Assembly (NCBI GenBank): GCA_046582655.1 | Contig: JAYGDX010000298.1 | Span: 1-33,615 of the forward strand | DNA length: 33,615 nt | Reading direction: 5' to 3' | DNA from: Candidatus Poribacteria bacterium | GTDB lineage: Bacteria > Poribacteria > WGA-4E > UBA9662 | In this document: one piece after another, positions 10,804 through 21,057 of the stretch | How positions within the stretch are numbered: the stretch's first letter is position 1 | Layout of the letters: each line of letters begins with the position of its first letter | The notes under the pieces: generated by a model | What the model saw: only the letters and a program-made list of their open reading frames with translations | Told to the model about the DNA's origin: nothing | The model's database searches: none | Position numbers and translations under genes: made by a program

Positions 10804-10892
10804 CAACAACGGTGAACGTTTGCCGCAATTGCGGCATATATTTATGCCTTTCTATTTGTATTTTGTGGCCGCTCTCCAACGATTGGTTAAGC
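10804..10892 (-). other. Possible degenerate or hybrid integron attC-like site
   Basis: The minus strand starts GCTTAAC-CAATC-GTTGGAG (RYYYAAC, 5-nt spacer, L-box-like) and ends GCCGCAATTGCGGCAAACGTTCACC-GTTGTTG. The two halves pair poorly and the right core is off-consensus. Confidence 0.25.
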
Positions 10893-10954
10893 GGCATGGT
10901 GATCAAAGTTACACTCGATGACTAGTTCCGACTACCAGGAGATATTTACTGCTC

Positions 10955-11340
10955 CTAAGATCGAAAGAGGTACGAAAACTTAAATAACCATTGCTCGCTG
11001 TCGATGTTCAACCCATCTGTGCGTACGACATGGAGCATGCCGCTCTGCTCCTCAATACGGATGTTCTGCCGATTGGTGTTGTAGTTCAAATACACGGCTG
11101 TCCAAGGATTGATACGGTAGGTTAGATCATAGTTCCAATTCTCGCCATCTGTCACCCTGGTCTCGAAAGGATTTGGATCTGTCTGCTCATATTGAATAAT
11201 CGCGCGCCTAGAAAGCTGGCGACTGAATTGCCAATTCAATCGGGTTTTTGCTATCCAGTCATCTAATACGCGAGCGCCAGTCTCTTCACTCTCAAATCGG
11301 GGAGAGATAAGCGTTCCATCAATCGCCATGTGGATATCAG
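10955..11340 (-). pseudogene. 3' fragment of an outer-membrane beta-barrel protein (DUF5916-like C-terminus)
   Basis: Amphipathic strands TRLNWQFSRQLS..AIIQY and YRINPWTAVYLNYN, with terminal QWLFKFSYLFRS*. There is no N-terminus; an in-frame stop lies just upstream. Confidence 0.6.
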
Positions 11341-11655
11341 GTCACCATCAAACTGACAATCAATCGACTTCAAAAACTTCTTAAATTGTCCGACAGTAAC
11401 TTCAGTCACATCCATATAAGAAGAGACAGGATTTGGACCATCCGATACTTTGATAGTCTTAGTAATAGGATTGCCAACTCGGTCAAAAGTCTTTTTCTGT
11501 TCAAACTTTGCTGTCGACGGAATTAACACCATCTTAACCCCGTCTTTCTCCCAAGTGACCTTCTTCGTCTTAACCCCTTTCAACTCTTTAGCACACACTA
11601 AACCTACCGAGACAGTCAGCACAAACATCAACATGACAACTGATCTCTTAGCCAT
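11341..11655 (-). pseudogene. 5' fragment of a secreted FGE-sulfatase (SUMF1/EgtB/PvdO) domain protein
   Basis: Signal peptide, then WEKDGVKMVLIP...YMDVTEVTVGQFKKFLK (the EVTxxQ[FY] motif). The downstream PV..VSW and RLPTEAEWE motifs are absent, and the frame runs out at 11263 inside the barrel fragment. AAAGGT RBS. Confidence 0.7.
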
Positions 11656-11668
11656 AACATTTACCTTT

Positions 11669-12411
11669 ATGAAACAGAAACATCATAACACCGATCTGAC
11701 AGATCAACATGGCAATGCCTTCAGCCCTATCTACCAAGAGTGCATCTAGGCAGATGGGATCAACGACTGATTCTCAATGCCATCTGCTAGCCAAAGATTT
11801 CCCCCCCTTGGCAAAGTGTCTACTACCATTACCGCAAATGGTGCCAAGAAGAAAAGTGGGTTCTAATTCACCGTGCCTTACACCAACAGCTTCCTCAGCA
11901 AGTAGGTGACAAGCTCAACCCGGTACAGCTATTATTGATAGTCAATCGTTAAAACCATGGCTTTGGCTGAGAATCGAGGAACGGGTGGGTACAAAAAAGA
12001 TAAAAGCCACAAAAGACATCTAATAGTGAACAACATGGATATTCCACTGGTGTCTAGGTAACGGATGCTAAGGTGACAGATAATCGGGCAGCCTATCAAC
12101 TGCTAGAATCGGTCGGCTTCTAGTATGATACCATTCAACACTTGTGGGCTGACAGTGGCTACCTCGGTGATTTAGAAACTTGGGTGCTGAATCGGTTTCA
12201 ATACCAGTTAGAAACAGCCATTCAGCCGAAAGGTAAAGGCTTCCAAGTCTTCGCTAAACGGTGGATTGTGCAGACAGCTTTTGCTTGGTTTGCATGGTAT
12301 CGGCGACTGAGCTGGATTCTCAACGTCAATCTCTGCATTCCGATAACATGATCTATATTGCTATGATTCAATTTCTGTTGAAACGTCCCTAATTTCTTTC
12401 AAACAGGTTCT
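11669..12411 (+). mobile_element. Degraded IS5-family (IS1031-group) element: transposase pseudogene plus right end
   Basis: Across frames: MKQKHHNTDLTDQ, ILNAI, KDFPP/WQSVYYHYRKW, TAIIDSQSLKT, LWADSGY, KGFQVFAKRWIVQTAFAWF..YRRLS, MIYIAMIQFLLKRP* (12392), then TTTCAAACAGGTTCT-TA. No left inverted repeat seen. Confidence 0.85.
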
Positions 12412-12442
12412 TAGGATTCCTAGTCAGTTCGTCGGACAAGGG

Positions 12443-12665
12443 TCAGCCTGTCAGGATACGAAGAAATTCGATTAAGTTCGATTTTTCTTCTTGGTTCAAA
12501 TTCGGTGATTTGATTAGTTACTTCTTTTTTTACCCATGAAACTAGATACCACCTCGGTCATAAGAATCAATCACCTCTTCTAGAGTATTAAACCTCCTGC
12601 CATGTGAGTAAGGCGCTGTTGAGGCGACATTCCCCACCTACAAATTGAAGACCCACGACCATGCC
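12443..12665 (-). pseudogene. C-terminal remnant of a diheme cytochrome c peroxidase (CcP/MauG family)
   Basis: The minus strand reads [29 protein letters not shown] and then LNQEEKSNLIEFLRILTG*, matching the family consensus NVALTAPYMHDGRFxTLEEVIDFYxRGG and LxxEEKxDLVxFLxxLTG. Not in the ORF track. Confidence 0.75.
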
Positions 12666-12690
12666 AATCTATCTGCGTTTTCCCTTCAGT

Positions 12691-13530
12691 TTAATGAGTC
12701 TCTTTCAATTGGTTAATAAGATGTTTTAGTTGTTCCGGATTAAGGAGACTCTTGAATTCAACCATGGCCTTAATCTCCAGAATCTTTATCTCACTTTGCA
12801 GTATGGCTATGGCCTTAATCAATTCCTCGATGGGTTTCATCTCTGCCATTTTCTGACTGAAAAATTGTTGTCGTAAAGCAATTTTTGCTTCAATCTCCTT
12901 AATCCGAATTTCAGCCATCTTTTGGATTTCTTGCTGTTCCAACCGAAACCGAATTAGCTGGATTTTTTCCCGTTGCTTATCGGACATCTCATCGTCAGGT
13001 AATTCAAATTCAAAATCGAGGTGAGGGGCTCCGTGTTGACGCATTTCTCTTATTCGGTCTTGCTCGAGGCGTTCCATTTCCATCTCATGTTCCTTTTGCA
13101 TACGCTCAACTTGAAAATGATGTTCAAGTTCCCGTCTCTCCATCTCCATGTCACGCTCACGTTGTTGGAAATCCGTTTCACGCTCATTCTGACGCCGACG
13201 TCCATTTTCCCGCCGTTCCATGTTACCTCCACGTAATCTGAGGCGTCGAACAAATTCTCCATGCATTTTCCGCCGTTCTTCCGGCGAAGCGTTTCTGAGC
13301 CGTTCGATAGCGCCGCGCCAATCCGCACGACTACGGTCTCGATCTGGCTGCCGTTTTTTATTTTCTCCTGACTCCTTTGGTGTGTTTTTGGATTTTTCCG
13401 CCCGACTTTCTTGGGTTTTAACGGGTTCCCTTGACTCTTTTTTGGCTTTTTCTTCTTCGGGTTGGCTAAGACTGAATTGCGCACTAAATCCCAGCAGAAG
13501 TATGGTTAAAATTGCAAAATAGTGTCTCAC
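12691..13530 (-). CDS. Secreted highly charged coiled-coil protein with Spy/CpxP/ZraP-like C-terminal region
   Basis: Signal peptide; long R/E/K-rich segment; MSDKQREKIQ and LLNPEQL resemble LTxxQ repeats. GTG start with AAGGA RBS. Confidence 0.6.
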   Translation of the reverse strand: MRHYFAILTILLLGFSAQFSLSQPEEEKAKKESREPVKTQESRAEKSKNTPKESGENKKRQPDRDRSRADWRGAIERLRNASPEERRKMHGEFVRRLRLRGGNMERRENGRRRQNERETDFQQRERDMEMERRELEHHFQVERMQKEHEMEMERLEQDRIREMRQHGAPHLDFEFELPDDEMSDKQREKIQLIRFRLEQQEIQKMAEIRIKEIEAKIALRQQFFSQKMAEMKPIEELIKAIAILQSEIKILEIKAMVEFKSLLNPEQLKHLINQLKETH

Positions 13531-13721
13531 TTTATTTTTCCTTTTCGTTTATTATTGCTTAGATAGGTAACCAAGAGGGAGTTAACCGCATTTTATAAGC
13601 TGTGTTGTTAATCATGTGCTGAAAGTAATATGATATTCCTCATAATTCCTACAATATAGCTAACATAATATTAATCAACAGTTTATCAGCATACCAGAAG
13701 GAATTCGGATTTACCTCAGCT

Positions 13722-13752
13722 TTGTACTTAAGTTTTTAACTTAAATACAGGT
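13722..13752. repeat. 31-bp intergenic repeat with 27-bp palindromic core, copy 2
   Basis: TTGTACTTAAGTTTTTAACTTAAATACAGGT, in the same orientation as copy 1 at 9061-9091. Confidence 0.85.
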
Positions 13753-13885
13753 AACTCCACTTGACGCTGCGGTGAAACTTCGTTTGTATAACCAAGAACA
13801 ACAACAGAAGTTGTCCACCTGAAATCACATTGATGGACCTAGATCATCAAAGATCACCATTTGAACCATGAAAACCAAGCGTTAA

Positions 13886-14611
13886 TCAAATCCCACCTTT
13901 CAAAGTTCCCCATTTTGTGGTCAGCTTTTGCTGAGCATCTACATTCAGCAAAACGTCTCCCAAGGTAATACCTGCAATAACTGGAACAGCCCCTGTTCCT
14001 AAAGATTCGATATCTATGGAGACGATACCCTTGTTAGGCTTGGGACTTTTCCACCTAGTGGTGATGAGTCCAGCGTGCCCACAAGGCGCACCTTCCTTTT
14101 TAACCCAACCCCAGACAGAATTTTTATCTTGTAGCTTACTCTCATCATGACACCAGTCATCGGAATTAATACCAGACTGCATCTCCAACTCTGCTTTACT
14201 ATTATCATCGTAATGTATAATAAATTTATAACTAGGTGCACCATTATCTTCCCACCCAGTGGCGTGAAGAAAGTAGACAAAGCTGACTTTCTGTACTTTA
14301 GGATCTGTTTTAATCCCAGTAATCTTTTTTGGCCACTTAGCAGCATTTGTTCCAAAAACAACAACACACTCTTTTTCGATTTTAAATTTCACATCCTTAT
14401 CATCTGGCCCAGCGAAATCTTCAGTTTTTCCTATTGGCAAAAAACTCAAGGTACTGGCAGCTTTCTCTCCGGTCCACCACTGTTGATCGAGCCTCGAATT
14501 TGCCTTTGGTTTCAGATCGACAAAGACCCATTCTTCGGCGGTTAATCCAGCAGATACCAATATAAAACTGAACGTAGTTATCAAGGCAAGAACATATAAT
14601 CTGACTGACAT
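13886..14611 (-). CDS. Secreted beta-sandwich-like hypothetical protein with C-terminal KLTTKW motif
   Basis: ATG 14611 (GGAGG RBS) is preferred over 14653 and gives signal peptide MSVRLYVLALITTFSFILVSAGLTA. Contains YFLHATGW and INSDDWC; tail LNVDAQQKLTTKWGTLKGGI. Confidence 0.75.
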   Translation of the reverse strand: MSVRLYVLALITTFSFILVSAGLTAEEWVFVDLKPKANSRLDQQWWTGEKAASTLSFLPIGKTEDFAGPDDKDVKFKIEKECVVVFGTNAAKWPKKITGIKTDPKVQKVSFVYFLHATGWEDNGAPSYKFIIHYDDNSKAELEMQSGINSDDWCHDESKLQDKNSVWGWVKKEGAPCGHAGLITTRWKSPKPNKGIVSIDIESLGTGAVPVIAGITLGDVLLNVDAQQKLTTKWGTLKGGI

Positions 14612-14759
14612 GTGCGTTTCCTCCAGTAAATTTGTTGTATGAATAACAAACATTTTATGAATCTCTATGAGATTCGCCGGTATTCAGAAGAACGATGCTG
14701 AAACGGTGCTGTCCAACCGCTTGCGCACATTTCTTCTCTCAATTTGAACTGCAAGCATC

Positions 14760-14788
14760 AAAATATACTAGTAGCCTCTCGTTGTCAA
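14760..14788 (-). promoter_or_regulatory. Putative sigma70 promoter for the 14611 gene
   Basis: Minus strand TTGACA-N17-TATTTT, about 150 nt upstream of the ATG. Confidence 0.45.
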
Positions 14789-15456
14789 GCCAATGTTCAA
14801 CTACCATCGGTACATCTCTGGTACTACAATAAACGCAAGTATGATTGAACTTTTTCACCATTGTTATTCAATTTTCATTTGCGGTTGACGGAAACCTGAT
14901 TGCTGTCTACCTAGATCAAAAGTCTTGGCTTTGTAAAACCCCGATCAATCTATAATTGGATTCTTACCGTGGTATTACCTTCAATATACTAAACATTCTG
15001 ACTTAAATACAACAAACCATCATATGTGGCTTTATTATCAGTTGACCTTCTACTCCTTATCACACTGATCTTAAAAATCAAAATCGGCATCGCCTGCTGT
15101 TTCTGGCATTGGTTGGAATTTTTTAATTCTCCCCCTACTTCTACACGAGAATGATGCCCCGCGAATAATATCAAACAATATAAGATGTACACAGAACTGA
15201 GAAACCAAAAACCCGAAACATGAGGCTTAGGAAAAGATTTAGGAGCACATAAATCCCAACCCCAAACGATATGAGTCTGACATTGGGATTTCTGCTTTAT
15301 TTACAAGGCTACCCATATTAGTATTTCCTATAAATTATTGTAGTATTGTGAATCAAAAGTTATGCACATCATTATGAATAAAGGGCAGCAATAAACAGGA
15401 AAATTAGGATTCTGTTTTTTTAATGTCACTGGGCTCTTGCTCCGAACGTATTCCAT

Positions 15457-15523
15457 CACACCAGTCAATCGCCTAAAATCATCATCAGTCCGTTGACTAA
15501 TTTCGCACTTATGCAAGAGGTCT
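15457..15523 (-). mobile_element. IS5-family (ISL2-group-like) remnant: terminal IR joined to a transposase N-terminal fragment
   Basis: IR AGACCTCTTGCATAAGT (15523-15507) reads into KCEISQRTDDDFRRLTGV. FRRLTGV is typical of ISL2-group transposase N-termini. Confidence 0.7.
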
Positions 15524-15620
15524 AATTTTACAATGACTTACGTCCCCTCATTCGATTGATGTCAAGATTTTAAAAATATCTGATTATAATTAGCAATTAA
15601 GTTTCATCAGTTACTTAAAT

Positions 15621-15742
15621 AGACCTCTTGCATAAGTCAAAGAAATAAAAGTTCGGATATTTTCAAGCCCACGTATTCAATGAATTTAGGTGCCTCTCGG
15701 CTATAGAATTCTGGTGAGTTTTACTACTTATGCAAGAGGTCT
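15621..15742. mobile_element. 122-bp MITE with perfect 17-bp terminal inverted repeats and AAT direct flanks
   Basis: AGACCTCTTGCATAAGT (15621-15637) ... ACTTATGCAAGAGGTCT (15726-15742). AAT at 15618-15620 and 15743-15745. No ORF inside. Confidence 0.85.
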
Positions 15743-15780
15743 AATATTAACCTAAAACTCGACGCTAGGAAGCGTGATAT

Positions 15781-17659
<1,879 letters not shown>

Positions 17660-17667
17660 ATTCCACA

Positions 17668-18987
17668 CTAATTAACAAATGGATCAATATTGCGGTAAGA
17701 GCAATCTAACAGATCAATTGGATGCATAACAACCATTGGTAATTTATGCTTTCTTACCCCTGCTTGGATTTGCATAATGCAGCCAGGGTTTCCAGTAGCG
17801 ATAATTTCGGCATCTGTATCAGTAATGTATTTCATCTTCCGCTCAAGAATCTGCTTTGACATCTCCGGTTGGGTGATATTATAGATACCTGCGCTACCGC
17901 AACACCATTCCGATTCCTCTAATTCAATCAACTCCAATCCCGGAATGGATCGAAGCAAAAACCTGGGTTCGTTTCTAACTTGTTGCCCATGAACCAAATG
18001 GCACGGTTCATCATATGTCACGCGGCGATTTATATCGCCCTGTGGAGGGACAAAATCGATAGATCCGAGAAATTTGCTGATATCTACCATCTTTGTACAA
18101 AACAGATCGGCTTTTTTACGGTAGTCGGAAGATTGGTGCTGCATCAAAACGTCATATTCCTTTAAGGTTGCACCACATCCAGCCGAATTAATTACGATCG
18201 CATCAAGTTCCTCTAGATCAAAAGCCTGAATATTCTGCTTGGCAAGTTCAATCGCGGTTTCGTATTCGCCATTATGAACGTGGAGCGCACCACAGCATGT
18301 TTGTCGAGACGGAATGAAAACATCACAACCGTTTTCATTCAGCACACGAACTGTTGCCAAATTTGTATCAACAAAAATCTGATTCATAATGCAACCGGGA
18401 ATGAAGCCAACCCGATGTTTAGTTTTCCCTTTCGCCGGCATAAATTCCCGAATTTCTGACTTCAGTAGCGGGTTAGGTAGACTAGGAAGCATCGATTCCA
18501 TCTCACCCAACCTACCCATCAATTGAAGAATCCCAGTTTTTTGAACGATCGTTCGAACGCCAGTTTTCTGGTATAGCCACATCAAGGTGAAAAGAAGGTT
18601 CAGATTCTCCTTGCTGGGCAAAAGTTTTCTGAATACAAGATCTCGTAAAATTTGCTGGTACCAAGGACGATCTGTATTCATCTCGTATATAGCCCGTGCG
18701 GCTTCAATAATCTCACCAAAATGAACGCCAGACGGACAGGCTGTTTCACAGGCACGGCAATCTAAGCAACGGTAAATATATTTTGCGAATTCCTTGCCAA
18801 TCGGGACAGAGCTTTCTTCCTCAATCACGGCATTGGTGAGATAGATTCGTCCTCGTGGTGAATCCGTTTCTAGACCAAGTTCACTGTACGTTGGACAAGT
18901 CGGCAAGCAAAGCCCACAGTGGGTGCAGGCATCAAGTTTTTCACGGCTTAGCAACTCTACACCAGCAATCGGCAACACCTGTTGCAT
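17668..18987 (-). CDS. glcF: Glycolate oxidase iron-sulfur subunit-like (Fe-S binding, two CCG domains)
   Basis: CTHCGLCLPTCPTY, SPRGR, CLDCRACETACPSGV, QTCCGALH, PCHLVHGQ, CCGSAGIYN, NPGCIMQI. Confidence 0.85.
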   Translation of the reverse strand: MQQVLPIAGVELLSREKLDACTHCGLCLPTCPTYSELGLETDSPRGRIYLTNAVIEEESSVPIGKEFAKYIYRCLDCRACETACPSGVHFGEIIEAARAIYEMNTDRPWYQQILRDLVFRKLLPSKENLNLLFTLMWLYQKTGVRTIVQKTGILQLMGRLGEMESMLPSLPNPLLKSEIREFMPAKGKTKHRVGFIPGCIMNQIFVDTNLATVRVLNENGCDVFIPSRQTCCGALHVHNGEYETAIELAKQNIQAFDLEELDAIVINSAGCGATLKEYDVLMQHQSSDYRKKADLFCTKMVDISKFLGSIDFVPPQGDINRRVTYDEPCHLVHGQQVRNEPRFLLRSIPGLELIELEESEWCCGSAGIYNITQPEMSKQILERKMKYITDTDAEIIATGNPGCIMQIQAGVRKHKLPMVVMHPIDLLDCSYRNIDPFVN

Positions 18988-18996
18988 CAGTTCTAA

Positions 18997-20382
18997 TTAG
19001 TCTCCGTTTGAGAAAAACGTCAAATAAGGTTTATTTTCTGATAATCTCATCAATAAAAGAGCAAACTCGCGCAGATGATAATCTCCCCACATTGAGGATT
19101 CGCCACATGGAATCTTGTAGCCTTCAGGACAATAATCCCACCCATTAGGATGATGATAAACCGAATGTAACAACAATCCTTGGTGATTTTCAGATTCAGA
19201 AAGGTAAGGCGAATCAAGCAATGCATCAGCAATCGTGAGCCCAGCTTGATAGTATGCAATACCAAGCTCTGTCTCATTATGATCCTGCAAGTATCTTCCC
19301 AGTCTCACCAGTCCCTGTCCAGTGATAACAGCTGCAGAACTATCGATTGGTTCATAGTCGTTAAACGGATCGGACGGTCGGTTTAGATAATCACCAAGTT
19401 GCAACAAGCCAGGGGCACCGGTATCCCAATACGGTATACCATCAATTGGAGTATTTTTAATATAAAAATCTGCTGTTGCCTTCGCCGCTCGAATCATGTG
19501 CGATACAACTTTCGACCTACCACCAAACGACTGAAGATCCTTATCGCTCAACGCGTCGAAAAATTCAAGTTGTTCCGCACAACCAGTAATCACCCATGCT
19601 AAACCCCGTGTCCAAGTGGTGAATGGTGAATACCCTTGTTGTGTGGAAGGACACCGATAGTTGCCATCGTTGATATTGAAAACAGACTCATGTACAACAC
19701 GGCCTCGGACATCATAGCGATCGCGCTCTTCACCATAATACACATTGTATCTTGCGTTAGTTTCCGAATGATGGATAAGACGCTCTAACAGTGAAATTTC
19801 ACGGTCGCCTTCCCCCATAAGCACATGACCGAGTTGATAACCAACGCCCAGTACACGTAATGATCGTATTGTATCGGAAAAGAGCGAATGTGGTCCATTG
19901 AAAGAATAAATATAGCCTTTTCCATCATTTATATTGGTCCAACGGCTTGCTTGCACAGCCGCAGATGTTTTTAATGCCATTTCGCAAAAATGTATTTCCC
20001 AGTCATTATGTTCAACCAACTGCTCAAGAATCAATCTTCTCAGGTTACCGTAGGTTGAGATATTGTTGAAACCGTGATCGTGCACACCAATATGCGAGAC
20101 ATGGGTAGCCATTTTTTCAATGATATTCTCTCTAGCAATATCAAGGAATTGACTATTACTGGTGGCGTCAAATTGCAAAAGTGCTGATCCAAATTGAAAC
20201 CCTTGCGTCCATTCAGTCCAACCGCGTGTTGCGTATTTGCCTTCGGCTGTAAAGACAGGTGTTCCTTGGTTTGAATCCCAAGTTTTTTCTATAGCAAGGA
20301 TTTTCCGACCAGAAAGTTGAAATAGACAATCCAATTTAGGTTTAAGTTGCTCAAGCTTTAAGGTATTATTGATTTCCATCAA
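18997..20382 (-). CDS. GH88-like unsaturated glucuronyl hydrolase family protein
   Basis: WTQGFQFG, HDHGF, WTRGLAW, IPYWD, DSSAAVI and WGDY motifs of the GH88 (alpha/alpha)6 barrel. No signal peptide. Confidence 0.75.
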   Translation of the reverse strand: MMEINNTLKLEQLKPKLDCLFQLSGRKILAIEKTWDSNQGTPVFTAEGKYATRGWTEWTQGFQFGSALLQFDATSNSQFLDIARENIIEKMATHVSHIGVHDHGFNNISTYGNLRRLILEQLVEHNDWEIHFCEMALKTSAAVQASRWTNINDGKGYIYSFNGPHSLFSDTIRSLRVLGVGYQLGHVLMGEGDREISLLERLIHHSETNARYNVYYGEERDRYDVRGRVVHESVFNINDGNYRCPSTQQGYSPFTTWTRGLAWVITGCAEQLEFFDALSDKDLQSFGGRSKVVSHMIRAAKATADFYIKNTPIDGIPYWDTGAPGLLQLGDYLNRPSDPFNDYEPIDSSAAVITGQGLVRLGRYLQDHNETELGIAYYQAGLTIADALLDSPYLSESENHQGLLLHSVYHHPNGWDYCPEGYKIPCGESSMWGDYHLREFALLLMRLSENKPYLTFFSNGD

Positions 20383-20427
20383 TTTGTGCCCTAAACTTGG
20401 TATAATATGCCCAAAATAGAGTTGTCA

Positions 20428-21057
20428 TCAAAAATCTAGCGTTTTCACAATTTCGTTACAAACAATTTTAATAAGGAAGCTGGTATCGTTCTGGATTTTA
20501 TGGCGGTTTGATTCATCAACCAAATTCTGAACTCCTTCCTCATTGCTGTCAAAGATATCATTAAGCGTCCATATAGTAGTTGGAACAGTCTCTTTTATCG
20601 AAACCATCCGCAAGTTTATCCCAATTTTTGGTTTCTGTTTGAGTATAAGATATCTCCTTTTTCCATCAACAAAATGGGTGATTTTTCCCAGCAAAATTAC
20701 GTCGGCTTTTAAATTGCTTCTGATACTTTTGACAAGAGAATCGCTGAGATCGGATCCTTCTAATTCTTCGGCTTCAACCAGCGCAGAAACCTTGTAGGGA
20801 TCAATCATTGTAAATCGATCAAGTTGCAGAATCTGGACAGCCAGTTCATGCATTATTCTATCAGCGATATTCTGATCAGTCCCGTCATACATTAGTGGCA
20901 TGATGGCGATGGTTCGGATCAACTCAGGCTGAAAATAGTTTGACTGACCAACATTTATTTTTTTCTGCTGAATTGGTTTACCACAACTAGTGATACTCAG
21001 TATCATCAGCACCCATAATAACAAAAACACATAGATCTGCTTATTTCGGAACTTCAT
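20428..21057 (-). CDS. Lipoprotein, CsgG/GNA1162 (DUF799)/LpoB-like fold
   Basis: Basic N-terminus, hydrophobic core and lipobox-like ITSC; IRTIAIMP and LKADVILLGKI. Confidence 0.6.
   Translation of the reverse strand: MKFRNKQIYVFLLLWVLMILSITSCGKPIQQKKINVGQSNYFQPELIRTIAIMPLMYDGTDQNIADRIMHELAVQILQLDRFTMIDPYKVSALVEAEELEGSDLSDSLVKSIRSNLKADVILLGKITHFVDGKRRYLILKQKPKIGINLRMVSIKETVPTTIWTLNDIFDSNEEGVQNLVDESNRHKIQNDTSFLIKIVCNEIVKTLDF

Noticed and set aside
11263..11655. FGE-sulfatase protein as a DGR target
   Set aside because: The C-terminal part that would carry a variable repeat is missing, and no RT or template repeat is in the window.
226..13578. 13-bp match CCTCTTGGTTACC at 226-238 and reverse-complemented at 13566-13578
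   Set aside because: A single 13-mer match is expected by chance in 33 kb, and the flanks do not align.
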